From the NCBI GenBank assembly GCA_963702435.1, contig CAVPCR010000001.1:1472001-1536000 (forward strand): a DNA stretch of 64,000 bases, written 5' to 3'. The translations under genes and the position numbers were made by a program. The notes beneath the pieces are model-generated. The model worked only from the letters and a program-made list of their open reading frames with translations, was not told the DNA's origin and made no database searches. Positions 17,612 to 27,732 of the stretch are shown one piece after another. How positions within the stretch are numbered: the stretch's first letter is position 1; each line of letters opens with the position of its first letter. Origin of the DNA: Candidatus Eiseniibacteriota bacterium (lineage in GTDB: Bacteria; Eisenbacteria; RBG-16-71-46; CAVPCR01).

Positions 17612-18670
17612 TCAATCCAGCGGGCTCCGCACGCCCCGCCCACCCCGGTTGAGCACATGGGTGTAGATCATCGTTGTTGCCACGTCCCGGTGCCCGAGGA
17701 GTTCCTGGATCGTCCGGATGTCGTAGCCGGCCGCGAGCAGGCAAGTCGCGAACGAGTGACGTAGCGCGTGACAGCTCGCCGGCTTGGGAATCCCCGCCCT
17801 CCGCACGGCTTCCTTGACTGCCCGCTGCAGCACCGATTCATGGAGATGGTGGCGGCGATACTCGCCCGTGTCCCGGTCCCGATACGGCCGGCTCGCCGGA
17901 AAGACCCACTGCCACGCCCATTCGCGAGCCGCGGCCGGATACTTGGTCGCGAGCGCGTCGGGCAGCTCGACGCTTCCCATCCCCTCCCGCAGGTCCGTGA
18001 CGTGCCGTGCGCGCATCCGATCCAGGTGCGCAGCGAGCGGACCCCGCACCAAGCCGGGCAGCATCGTGACGCGGTCCTTTCGCCCTTTCCCGTCACGAAC
18101 GAGGATCTCCTGCCGCGCGAAATCGACATCCTTGACCCGGAGCCGGCAGCACTCCATGAGCCTGAGACCTGCTCCATAGAGAAGAGAGGCCATGATCCAC
18201 GGCGTTCCCTGCAGATGGGAGAGGATCGCCAGCACCTCCTCGCGCGTGAGCACGACGGGCAAGCGAACCGGCCGGCGCGGGCGGACGACTCCGTCCATCC
18301 AGGCGAGATCCCGCCCGAGCACCTCGCGATAGAGAAACAGGATCGCGCTCAGCGCCTGGTTCTGGGTCGAGGCGCTCACGCGGCGGCGCGTCGCCAGGTC
18401 GGCGAGGAAGGCGCGGATCTCGGCCTCGCCCATCTCGTCAGGGTGCCGCTTCTGGTGAAAGAAGATGTAACGCTTGATCCACCCGACGTATGCCTTCTCC
18501 GTGCGGGGGCTGTAATGTCGGGCCCGGATGGCGATGCGCACCCGATCGAGGAGCCTGGGCTGGCGCCCTGGCGCGCCACCCGGTGCGGGCGCGGACCCTA
18601 TCTCGGCAACCTGCGCCGCTCCGCCCGCGCATCGTCCTTCCGGCCGGGGCGGGGACGGCGCCGGCAGCAT
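17612..18670 (-). CDS. intI: Integron integrase (tyrosine recombinase)
   Basis: [38 protein letters not shown], integron-specific [46 protein letters not shown]; start uncertain (18541-18697). Confidence 0.95.
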   Translation of the reverse strand: MLPAPSPPRPEGRCAGGAAQVAEIGSAPAPGGAPGRQPRLLDRVRIAIRARHYSPRTEKAYVGWIKRYIFFHQKRHPDEMGEAEIRAFLADLATRRRVSASTQNQALSAILFLYREVLGRDLAWMDGVVRPRRPVRLPVVLTREEVLAILSHLQGTPWIMASLLYGAGLRLMECCRLRVKDVDFARQEILVRDGKGRKDRVTMLPGLVRGPLAAHLDRMRARHVTDLREGMGSVELPDALATKYPAAAREWAWQWVFPASRPYRDRDTGEYRRHHLHESVLQRAVKEAVRRAGIPKPASCHALRHSFATCLLAAGYDIRTIQELLGHRDVATTMIYTHVLNRGGRGVRSPLD

Positions 18671-18772
18671 GGACCTGAGGGACCCCGTGGATCTCATGGC
18701 AGCACTCCTCGGGGTCCATGTCGTTCGACCGCGCTTCGCCCCGTCACCGGCGCCTTGCGCACCGGCTACCGG

Positions 18773-18788
18773 GCAGCTACCGCCCCTC
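18773..18788 (-). promoter_or_regulatory. ops/JUMPStart-like motif AGGGGCGGTAGCTGC upstream of intI
   Basis: Plus-strand CTACCGCC at 18777-18784 = GGCGGTAG on the coding strand, between the NusG paralogue stop and the intI start. Confidence 0.4.
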
Positions 18789-18864
18789 GCCCTTCCCTGC
18801 CTCGCGGGGCGCTGGCCACACCGGGTGAGCCGCGGCGAGCGGCGGCCCAGGCCGGCGGTACCGC

Positions 18865-19725
18865 TCAGACCGCCCCGACGAAGCTCTGTCCGATCACTCG
18901 CCCGCGGCGCACCCGCCACGGCCTCCGGCCACCATAAGATGCAGATGAACCATCGCCGTGCGACGGCGCACGATCCGCGGCCGCTCCCCCGACCGGCGCC
19001 CCGACCGGCGCCCCGACCGGCACCACCGTGTCGGCATCCACTTCGACCTCGGCGCTCCGGCCGAGCAACGTCACATTCAGCACGAGCCGAACCCGGTCCC
19101 GCCGCACGCCGGCGACCCGGCCCTCGACCCCGCAAAGCAAGCCGCTTGCCACGCGCACGCACATGCCGCGCGCGAGCGCGGGCCCCGCGGCGAGATCCAC
19201 CCCCGCCGCGAGCGCCGCGCGGATCTGTTCGAGCTCCGCGAGGAGTGGAGCCGGGTTGAGGACCGCGATCATCCGCGCGATCGCCCCGCTCTCGAGGAGG
19301 AGATCCCGCAGCGACGGCGCGCAGCAGGCGAACACGTAGCCGGGAAAGAGGGGTACGCGGGGATCGCCGCTCGGGGCCGGGCCGCGGCGAAGCCCGGCCA
19401 GCCCGGCCCGCATCCGGCGGCGCGGCGGGCGGAGGGGAAGGTAATGCCGGACGCCGAGGCGTGCGCAGGCGCGCGCGAGCTTCTTCTCGCATCGCGACCG
19501 CGTCTGGAGAACCCACCAGCCCTCGCCGGACGCCGGGGGGGCAAGGGGATCCGGAGCCGGCGATCCCGCGGGATCGCCGTCCGCCAACGCCGCGCAACCG
19601 GAGGCGGCCGGCCGGGTCGCGTCACGAGCCCCATCGTCCGGGGGGCCGCAGACGTGCTGCCCCGCCTCGCCGACGAGCGGCGCAGCCACATCACCCTGGA
19701 GGGTTGACGGGGGCGAGGGCTCCAT
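18865..19725 (-). CDS. NusG-paralogue transcription antitermination factor (RfaH/UpxY/LoaP-like; NGN + KOW)
   Basis: [65 protein letters not shown]; start uncertain. Confidence 0.88.
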   Translation of the reverse strand: MEPSPPSTLQGDVAAPLVGEAGQHVCGPPDDGARDATRPAASGCAALADGDPAGSPAPDPLAPPASGEGWWVLQTRSRCEKKLARACARLGVRHYLPLRPPRRRMRAGLAGLRRGPAPSGDPRVPLFPGYVFACCAPSLRDLLLESGAIARMIAVLNPAPLLAELEQIRAALAAGVDLAAGPALARGMCVRVASGLLCGVEGRVAGVRRDRVRLVLNVTLLGRSAEVEVDADTVVPVGAPVGAPVGGAAADRAPSHGDGSSASYGGRRPWRVRRGRVIGQSFVGAV

Positions 19726-19862
19726 CCCGGACCTCGAGCTGGCTCGTCGGGTATCCACCGGCGGGGCGCGTGTCCCGCGAGGAACGAACTTCGAAGATAC
19801 CCGCCGCACCGGCCTCCCGCAAGCCGGGATGCGTGCGATCGACAGAATGCGACTCGAGGAAG

Positions 19863-19934
19863 CTGGGGTTGTCGCTGGGCTTGTCGCTGGGGTTGTCGCT
19901 GGGGTTGTCGCCGGATTTGTCGCTGGGGTTGCCG
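19863..19934. repeat. Six tandem 12-bp repeats (consensus CTGGGGTTGTCG)
   Basis: Read directly; intergenic between tag and the NusG paralogue. Confidence 0.9.
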
Positions 19935-19946
19935 ACGGGCTGCCGA

Positions 19947-20594
19947 CTACAACGGCTCGTCACCGCGCCGGCGGCCGCCAGTCCTCCTGCGCCGCCCGAC
20001 CTGTCCGTGTCGAAAGCAATCGACCGTGTGGTCGTTCACCATGCCGACCGCCTGCATGAGGGCGTAGCAGATCGTCGGGCCCACGAACTTGAAGCCGCGA
20101 CGCAGGAGATCGCGGCTCAGGGCGTCGGACTCGGGTGTCCGCGCCGGCACCTCGCGGAGCGTGCGCCGGCGATTCACGCGCGGCGCTCCCCCCACGAAGC
20201 TCCACAGATAGGCGTCGAAGCTCCCGAACTCGCGCTGCACGGCGAGGACGGCCCTCGCGTTGCGCACCGTGCTCTCGACCTTGAGGCGGTTGCGAACGAT
20301 GCCGTCATCCCGGAGCAGGCGCTCGACTCGCGCCGGCGTGAAGCGCGCCACCCGCTCCGGATCGAAGCCGGCGAACGCGTCGCGATAGGCCTCACGCTTC
20401 TTGAGGATCGTCTCCCAGCTCAGACCCGCCTGGGCGCCCTCCAGGGTGAGGAACTCGAAGAGCACCCGGTCGTCGTGGACCGGCACGCCCCACTCGCGAT
20501 CGTGATACATGATGCCGAGCGGTGTTCGCGCCCAGCCGCAACGAATCTGCGCGCTTTCGTCGCCGCGCCCTCGCTTCGCGCTCGAACCGACCAC
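19947..20594 (-). CDS. tag: DNA-3-methyladenine glycosylase I
   Basis: RCGW, YHDREWG, LEGAQAGLSW, GIVRNRLK, GFKFVGPT, NDHTVDC. Confidence 0.95.
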   Translation of the reverse strand: MVGSSAKRGRGDESAQIRCGWARTPLGIMYHDREWGVPVHDDRVLFEFLTLEGAQAGLSWETILKKREAYRDAFAGFDPERVARFTPARVERLLRDDGIVRNRLKVESTVRNARAVLAVQREFGSFDAYLWSFVGGAPRVNRRRTLREVPARTPESDALSRDLLRRGFKFVGPTICYALMQAVGMVNDHTVDCFRHGQVGRRRRTGGRRRGDEPL

Positions 20595-20615
20595 CTGCTG
20601 CTCCGTTGCGCCCGG

Positions 20616-21089
20616 TCAGGGCGCGCTCTTGTCGAGGGACAGGAACATGAACACGCTGCTGCCATTCTCGCTGTAGGATCCGAAGGGTCCGCACGGCTTG
20701 AACCCGGCGCTCCGGTACAGAGCGTGCGCGGGCCGGAACGCGGGATGCCGGCCGGTCTCGAGGTAGAGCCTCCGATACCCGCGGGACCGGGCGACCTCGA
20801 TGATGTGATTCAGGAGCGCCCGGCCGGCACCGGTCCTGCGCAGCGCGCTCGGCGTGCGCATGGACTTGATCTCCCCCGCCGCCGGTGAAAGCTCCTTCAA
20901 GGCTGCGCAGCCCAGGAGCGTGCCGTCGCTCCAGGCCGTCCAGAAGGTGATGCCCGGCGTCCTGAGCTGGCCTGCATCGAAGGCGAAGACCTGGTCGGGC
21001 GGCGTGATCTCGTACATGTTCCGCAGGTGCTCTTCGAGAAGCGCCAGCACCTCGGGTCGCGACAGATCGTCCACTTCTATCCTGAGCAT
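20616..21089 (-). CDS. GNAT-family acetyltransferase
   Basis: GEIKSMRT..RRTGAGRALL..LYLETG..ALYRSAGF. Confidence 0.9.
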   Translation of the reverse strand: MLRIEVDDLSRPEVLALLEEHLRNMYEITPPDQVFAFDAGQLRTPGITFWTAWSDGTLLGCAALKELSPAAGEIKSMRTPSALRRTGAGRALLNHIIEVARSRGYRRLYLETGRHPAFRPAHALYRSAGFKPCGPFGSYSENGSSVFMFLSLDKSAP

Positions 21090-21179
21090 GGTGGACTTCC
21101 GCCCCCGCTGCTGCGCGCGCGTTCTCGACGATGACGAGCCGGGCGAGCGGGGTCACGAAGCCCGTCCTCCCGGCGCGGT

Positions 21180-21824
21180 CTACGGCATGTCGACCGCGAC
21201 CCCGACCTCGAAATCGATCCACGACTGGCTCGGCGCATCGCCCGCTTCGAGGACGTAGTTGTAGCGCACGTTGAATACGCCGCGCGTGTAGTAATCGGCG
21301 AACGGGAGATGGACGCCCACTTCCGGCGCGAAGCCGAAGTGCCAGTTGTCCTCATCGGCGGCCAGGTAGCTGATGTTCAGCTTCCGATCGACGAAGTAGG
21401 TGCCGGCACCCATGCCCATGTAGAACCGCATGTACCCGGCTTCCGCCGGCATCGGGTAGTAGCGGAACATGGCCAGGATCGGGACCGCGTTCGTGTAGCG
21501 GAACTGGTCCCCCGAGATGTCGACGTTGTCGATCGAGAAGAGCTCGTCGGTCTGTTCCCAGAACGAGTTGAACCCGAAGCCCGCACCGGCGGACACCTTG
21601 GGATTCACCATCCAGTGCCATTCGAGTCCCAGACCGCGAAAGCTGAAGTCCCCGGTGAAATCGCTCGTGTTCGGGAGCGGCGCCGACATCCGGTAGTCGA
21701 TGACCCAGTACTTGTCGTTGGCCCGGGCTTCGCCGCCGAAGGCCGCGATGGCGAGCAGCACCCCCGCAACTGCCATCCAGATCCGCATCGCTCCTCCCCT
21801 CCGTGGCGTCGTGGATGCGCTCAT
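21180..21824 (-). CDS. Outer-membrane beta-barrel protein
   Basis: Signal peptide and amphipathic aromatic-rich beta strands. Confidence 0.75.
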   Translation of the reverse strand: MSASTTPRRGGAMRIWMAVAGVLLAIAAFGGEARANDKYWVIDYRMSAPLPNTSDFTGDFSFRGLGLEWHWMVNPKVSAGAGFGFNSFWEQTDELFSIDNVDISGDQFRYTNAVPILAMFRYYPMPAEAGYMRFYMGMGAGTYFVDRKLNISYLAADEDNWHFGFAPEVGVHLPFADYYTRGVFNVRYNYVLEAGDAPSQSWIDFEVGVAVDMP

Positions 21825-22486
21825 TGCACGTTCCCGGTTCTTAGCCTGAGATAGGTCGACTGGTCGAAGGACCGATCGATGACCTCCCGGATGCGTGCCG
21901 TGCTCGTGGCGCCATCGAGCAGCCCGCTGCCGATGGCCGACCAGATCATCGGAATCGTCCCGGACTCCGGATCGCGGTGCTTCAGGTCGAACATGTTGAG
22001 AACGAGAGTCCCGGCCGTGAAGTTCACCGTATCGTAGCCCGGGTACCAGCCCCAACCCCCGCAGCCATACCCGTACCAGCCGTACCATTCGCACCACGGA
22101 TCGTAGTACCAGACGGTGTAGTCGATCGTGGCGTACGAGCAGGTCACGACCACATCGGGTGGGTTCTCCTCGCTGGGATTCTGCGCCTCGACATAACCGA
22201 GGGCTTCCATGTTGCTGCGCGCGGACTCGAGAGTCTGGTCGTACAGGTCATCGTCCAGCGTCGACGGCGTTCCCGGCTCGGCGGCCAGGTCGACGACCGT
22301 GTCCGCCACCGCGTAGGTGCGCAGGCTCTGGAAGTCGGCTTCCTCGTCGTGGACCGTGGCCACGATGTCGCTCCGGCTCAGGTCCTCCACATCACCCGGG
22401 TAGCAGCCGGCGACGAGCGCCAGCGCGACGGCGGCGAGGAGGCCAAACCCGGGACTTCTCGCCCCCCTCGGCGAAACGATGTACAT
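21821..22486 (-). CDS. DUF4136-like lipoprotein
   Basis: Lipobox VAGC, W/Y/G-rich loop, GTLVLNMFD, FDQSTYL. Confidence 0.75.
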   Translation of the reverse strand: MYIVSPRGARSPGFGLLAAVALALVAGCYPGDVEDLSRSDIVATVHDEEADFQSLRTYAVADTVVDLAAEPGTPSTLDDDLYDQTLESARSNMEALGYVEAQNPSEENPPDVVVTCSYATIDYTVWYYDPWCEWYGWYGYGCGGWGWYPGYDTVNFTAGTLVLNMFDLKHRDPESGTIPMIWSAIGSGLLDGATSTARIREVIDRSFDQSTYLRLRTGNVQ

Positions 22487-22626
22487 GAAGCTCCTCCTTC
22501 CTTGGCGCGCCGGGCGGCCGGGCTCGACGAGCAGCAGCGCACCGCGCAAAACGCGGGGAGTGTGGGTTACGCTTGCGCCGGAAGTCAAGGCAGCGCATCG
22601 CCCCGGCGCCCACTACCCGCGCGCGG

Positions 22627-23412
22627 CTAGTATCCGATGAGGACGACATCTCCTCCGCCCGTCGCCAGGCGAATCTCCCCGGCGCCTGCACCGAGGATGC
22701 CGGTCAGCGAGCCCGAACTTTGCACCACGTTGGTGAGCGAGAGGTTGATGACCGTGACGTTGCCGGCGCCGGTCAACAGGGAAACCCGCGCCGAGGCGAG
22801 ACTCTGCACTTGCAGGGCAATGCGGCCTTCGTCCGCGGTGGCGATGCATTCGCCGCCGGTCGGCAGCCACAAGTGGATCGAGATGTCCCCGCTGATCGTG
22901 TCGATGCGGCAGCTCCCGGTATGCTCGTTGACCGTGACCGGCCCCCCGCTCCAGATCTCGAGATCGGACTGCAGGTAGGAGACGCGCGCTTCGCCGGCGA
23001 CCCAGAGCAGGCAGCCCTTCCGGGCCGGGATGCCGAGCGTGAGCTGAGCGGAGTAGAAGCGCCCCTCGGTATCCAGCGGAGCGTCGACCAGGACGCCGAG
23101 CGTGTCGGGGGGGATGGCCATGTCGAGCAGCCTGATGAAGGTCAGGGCCGCGCGCGCCGCGTCCGGGGTGGGGGCGGTCACCGACTTGTCGAGAACCCAG
23201 CGCATGAGCGGGCCGACGTTCTCACCGTTGACGATGAGGGGACCGATCGGATTGACGGCGAGAACCGCGGTCTGCGTGGTGAGAGTGATGTTGCCCTGGT
23301 CCCGGCCGGTCGCGGTCGCGGGGGGCTGGGTCGATGAATCGCCGCAAGCGAACGCGGAGAGAAGGAGCGTGGCCGCCAGCGGCGCGGCGCAGCGAGAGGC
23401 GGACCGGTTCAT
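22627..23412 (-). CDS. Lipoprotein with DUF4097-like beta-strand repeats
   Basis: Lipobox AFAC; repeated T/SGxI motifs. Confidence 0.65.
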   Translation of the reverse strand: MNRSASRCAAPLAATLLLSAFACGDSSTQPPATATGRDQGNITLTTQTAVLAVNPIGPLIVNGENVGPLMRWVLDKSVTAPTPDAARAALTFIRLLDMAIPPDTLGVLVDAPLDTEGRFYSAQLTLGIPARKGCLLWVAGEARVSYLQSDLEIWSGGPVTVNEHTGSCRIDTISGDISIHLWLPTGGECIATADEGRIALQVQSLASARVSLLTGAGNVTVINLSLTNVVQSSGSLTGILGAGAGEIRLATGGGDVVLIGY

Positions 23413-23455
23413 GGTCCCTCCGGCACAGGCGTGGCGCGTGTTATGAACTCCCTCT

Positions 23456-24680
23456 TCACAAGCGGGCGCGGAACGCCCGCGCGTAGCCGGTGAGCTCGAC
23501 GAAGCCGCGCCCGGCTGAGCGGCGCGCCGGCGCGCATGCCGCGGACGTTCACCGCACCTTCCCAGTAGGTGACACCGGTCGATTCACGCGTCACGAGCTC
23601 CTGGTCGGCAAGCCGCGGCTCGATCGTGAGATCGAGCGCCGCTCCCGGCACCGCGACCCGCCAGCGCGCAGGATACACGGCTCCGCTCGCCGGGCTTCGC
23701 CAGTCGCCCGCGACGACCACCGAGAACGCGTCCCGCGCGAGCGGTGTGACGCGTCCGCTCCGATCGATGAGGCTCCCGCTCGAGGCCGGCGCCGGCGTTC
23801 CATCGGCACGGCGGAGGAGATAGAGCATGAGCTCGGTGCCGTCGTCGAGTTGGAGGCCGAACCAGTCCCAGCCGACGAGATCGGCGGCGAGCTCGCCGGT
23901 CGTGAATTCGTGGTCCATCCACGCTTCGCCGCGCACGCGCACCGCGCGCTCCCCGACGCGCACGCTTCCAGTGGCCGACATGCGCGGGAGCGAGTAGTAG
24001 TAGGAAGCCTGGCCCGGCGCTTCGCCCTTCCGGCTGTATCCGGCCTTCCCATGCAGTGCGGGCGGCTTCGTGGGCACGAGGGTGAGATCGACGGCGTGCT
24101 CGTCGCGCTCCGCGGCGCGCAGGCGATGGCTGCCGTCCGCAGCGAGCTCGACCGACCAGTCGTCGATCCACGCGCGATAGGCGGCCGTGTCGGCGCCGGC
24201 GAGGCCCAGCGCGTCGCGCATCGTCCTCTCGGCGACGTGGAAGCGGCGCGCGCCGAAATCGCCGAGCGCGAGATGGGCGAAGTAGATGTCGCGGAGCGCC
24301 CAGGCCGAGGAGCGCGGCGGGTCGGACCGGGCGACCCCGCTCCGGAAGAAGGTGAGCTGGAAGCCGAGATCGGCCGGCCTCTCCGGGCCGGGCGCCGCGC
24401 CCGGCGAGTCGCCCGCGGCGCCGGTCGAGTCGCCGGCGATCCACAGGTGCCCGGTGTAGTACCACCACTCGGTGCGATAGGCGGGGTGCGCGGCGTGGTC
24501 GGCGGGGAAACGGAGGTCGAGTCCGGGCTCGACGGCGCGAAACGACGAGCCGGCGGGCACGTCCGGCGGCGCGTCCGGTGGCGCGTCCGGTGGCACGTCC
24601 GGCGGCGCGTCAGGCGACGCCTCAGCAGCAAACTGCGCCCAACAGCAGAATATCACGACGACCGCGGACAGCCTCCGCAT
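23456..24680 (-). CDS. AttH/CrtC-like lipocalin-domain protein (+1 frameshift near 23512)
   Basis: FPADHAAHP..TEWWYYTG, SYYYSLPR, AWMDHE, GWDWF, YWEG; the conserved tail GRGFVELTGY lies in a shifted frame ending TGA at 23456. Confidence 0.85.
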
Positions 24681-24774
24681 GGTGTGATCCTTGCTCCAGA
24701 AAAGCGGAACCCGCGATCCGCCTGATCGCGGATCGCGGGCTCCTCGTGCTGCCGGCGCGCCGCGCCGCGCGCGA

Positions 24775-25485
24775 CTACTTGACCTCGATCGTGACCTTCT
24801 CCATCACGAGCTTCTCGCTCGTCTGGCCGCCCGTCGATCCGGCCTTCTCGAGCGCAACGAGCGTCTCCTTGCCCTCGACCACCTCGCCGAAGATCGTGTG
24901 CTTGCCGTCGAGCCACGGCGTGGCCTTGAAGGTCAGGAAGAACTGGCTGCCGTCGGTTCCGGCGCCGGCGTTGGCCATCGAGAGCAGACCCGGCTTGTCG
25001 TGCTTGACGCTCGGGTCGAACTCGCCGCCGTACTTGTAGCCGGGGCCGCCGGTGCCCGTCCCGAGCGGGCAGCCGCCCTGGGCCATGAAGCCGGTGATGA
25101 CGCGATGGAAGCCGAGACCGTCGTAGAAGCCGAGCTTCGTCAGATAGATGAAGCTCGTCACGTGCATGGGGGCGACCTTCGGCATGAACTTGATGAGGAT
25201 CGGACCCTTGTTGGTCGTCATGCGCGCGTAATAGGTGTGCTCGGGATCGAAAGTCGCGACCTCGGGCTTGGGCACGACCGTGCGCCAGTTCGCGTCGGAC
25301 TTGTTCACGTTCGCCTTCACAATCATCTCGTCGATCTGCGTCATCGCCTTGTCCTTCGTGGTGGCGCCCGCGCTGGCCGCCGGCTTTGCCGCCTCGGTCG
25401 ACGGCTTCTCATCACCGGCCGCGACCGGCCCGGCGACGAGGAGGACACAAAGGGCTAGCGTGCTCATCAGGGGCATTGTCCGCAT
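24775..25485 (-). CDS. Cyclophilin-type peptidyl-prolyl isomerase with signal peptide
   Basis: FHRVITGFMAQGG, LSMANAG, GSQFF, WLDGKHTIFG. Confidence 0.95.
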   Translation of the reverse strand: MRTMPLMSTLALCVLLVAGPVAAGDEKPSTEAAKPAASAGATTKDKAMTQIDEMIVKANVNKSDANWRTVVPKPEVATFDPEHTYYARMTTNKGPILIKFMPKVAPMHVTSFIYLTKLGFYDGLGFHRVITGFMAQGGCPLGTGTGGPGYKYGGEFDPSVKHDKPGLLSMANAGAGTDGSQFFLTFKATPWLDGKHTIFGEVVEGKETLVALEKAGSTGGQTSEKLVMEKVTIEVK

Positions 25486-25636
25486 CTTGTTCAAACCTCT
25501 TCGATTACGTTCGATTACGGGTCCAGGCGCCGGGCTCCAAGGGAGGGCGGAACGGGGGCCTGCCGGCGCAGCGGTCGGGGATGATACCACGCTCGGGGCG
25601 GCCGGGTTTCCGGGCGCGGAGCTCCCGGGGGCCGCC

Positions 25637-26961
25637 TCAGCGCCCGCCCTGGAGGCCGCGGGCCTTGATCCCGCCCCAGGTGGCCGGGGCCACCGCGCTC
25701 GGGCAGTCGGTCGCCGGGAGGGCGCCGATCAAGCCGCACGCTCCCGACTGCGGCGGCGCGCAGGGCGAAGCGGCGTTCAGGTGGTAATCGTTCACCGGGC
25801 GATTGCAGAAGAGCGGGTCGGCCGACAGGTTGCCCGCCGCCCCGGCCTGGCTCGCGATGCACCCCGTCCAGTCGCCGCCCGCGTTGCCGAACAGGTTCGA
25901 GCAGCTGAGGGTCGCCGTCGCGCTCGGATCGGCGCAGGTGACTGCCTCCCCCGGATCGTTGAAGGCGATGATCGTGTTCGTGATGGTCGCATCGACGTCG
26001 CCGTCGATGACAAGGCCGGCGGAAGGATTGCCGGCGATCGTGCAGTTGGCGAGCGCGAGCGTCGCCGTGTGACCGATGCTCGCGCGGAGGATGATCGCGC
26101 CGACCGAGTTGCCATGGAAGAAGACAGCGATTCAGGGTGGTGCGCGCCTCGTTGGATGCGATCAGGCCGCCGCCGGAGGAGGTCGCCGTGTTGTTGGCGA
26201 GGATGCAGTCGTTGAGCGTCACCTGACCGTCGCGAGCGAGGACTCCGCCACCCGATCCGGCGAAGTTCTCGGTGAAGGCGCAGTCGTTGAATGTCACCTG
26301 GGTATCCGCCCCGATGCACATGACCGCTCCTCCCTGGACCAGGGCGATGTTCTGCGAGAAGATGCAGAGGACAAACGTCGTCTCGCACCCCGTCGCAGAC
26401 CACACCCGCACCCTGCTGGCTCGCCGAGTTGCCGGTGACGGTGCACTCGCGCAACGCCGGCGCCGCTCCGCTGCTGCTGAGGAGCGCGAGTCCACCGCCG
26501 ATGCTCGCGGTATTCGTATCGAAGATGCAGCGAAGGATGGACGGTGCGGATTCGTCGCAGAGGATGGCGCCGCCCCAGAACTCGGTCCCGAACCCGACCG
26601 TCTTCCCGTTCCTGATCGTGAAACCGTCGACGACAGCGGCGTTGGTCTCGCCTGTGTGGAAGCGGATGGCGCGACCTGCCTCCTGGCAGTCGATGATGGT
26701 GGTCAATGCTCCGGCTTCCGAGCGGAGGACGAGGTCCTTGCCCGCGAAGTCGAGATCGCGATTGTCGGGGCCCGAGTAGGTCCCGGGAGCGACGAGCACC
26801 GTGTCACCTGATGCCGCGGCGGCGATGCCGGCGGAGAGCGTCGGCTGATCGGCGGGCACGCGGACCGTGAGGGCAAAGGCCGGCGCGGCGAGGACGCCGA
26901 ACGCCGTGGCGAGGACCAGCCGGACGAAAGCCGGCGACGGGCGAAGGGCGTGCGGGGTCAT
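25637..26961 (-). pseudogene. Secreted right-handed beta-helix repeat protein with two frameshifts
   Basis: VRVPADQPTL..GDTVLVAPGTY, repeated FxxN..GG motifs, DPLFC, C-terminal TWGGIKA; frame breaks near 26390 and 26120. Confidence 0.8.
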
Positions 26962-27174
26962 GGACCAGCTCCTTCGGCTTGGGGTGTACGGGCGGAGGCT
27001 CGCTCCGCGGCGGGAGAATGCCGGAGCGGCGACCGGGATGCAACTTGCGACGCGCGGCCGCCCGTCCTCCCCGCTTGCCACGGCCCCGGAGCTGTCACAT
27101 CCTCGGGGCGGGCGGTGTTGTTCCTGCGAACGGGGCGAGGCGCGGCGGCCCGCCGGGCCGCCCTTCTTCCACCC

Positions 27175-27729
27175 GTGAGGGCGCTGTTGACTCTGACCGA
27201 CGAGACGTTCGAAACCGCGTTCCACCGGCACTGGGCCCGCGTCGTCGCCGTTGTCCTCCGCCTGGTCGGCAACCGGGAGGATGCCGAGGAGATCGCCATC
27301 GACGTGTTCCTCAAGCTCCACCGGAATCCGCATCCGGACGGGGACGCGCCCGCGGGCTGGCTCTACCGCACGGCAACGCGCGCCGGGCTGAACGAGCTCC
27401 GTTCCCGTCGCCGGCGCGCTGAGTACGAACGCGCCGGCGGCCGCGGGGCGAGCGCCCTCGATCCCCCGGCCGATCCGGGGGGCGAAGTCGAGCGGGCGGA
27501 GACCAGGGCCCGCGTGCGCGCGGTGCTTGCGGGGATGAAGGAACGCTCGGCCGAGATCCTGCTCTTGCGCCACTCGGGGCTCGCCTACGCGGAGATCGCC
27601 GCTGCGGTTGGCGTGGCGCCGGGGTCGGTGGGGACGATGCTGGCGCGCGCCGAGCGCGAGTTCGAGGAGCACTACCGCCGCGGCGAGGCGGCGCCCGCGG
27701 GGGTCGCAGCGCCGCCCGAGGAGGATTGA
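27175..27729 (+). CDS. ECF RNA polymerase sigma factor
   Basis: DAEEIAIDVFLK, WLYRTA, SGLAYAEIA..GSVGTMLARA; start estimated. Confidence 0.9.
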   Translation: MRALLTLTDETFETAFHRHWARVVAVVLRLVGNREDAEEIAIDVFLKLHRNPHPDGDAPAGWLYRTATRAGLNELRSRRRRAEYERAGGRGASALDPPADPGGEVERAETRARVRAVLAGMKERSAEILLLRHSGLAYAEIAAAVGVAPGSVGTMLARAEREFEEHYRRGEAAPAGVAAPPEED

Positions 27730-27732
27730 GAA

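Noticed and set aside
17294..18860. Pc promoter or LexA box for the integron
   Set aside because: No convincing -35/-10 pair or CTGT-N8-ACAG site found by eye
18700..19597. 661-aa integrase with a long N-terminal extension
   Set aside because: The extension is an Arg/Gly/Pro-rich alternative frame overlapping the NusG paralogue; integrase similarity starts near PRLLDRVR
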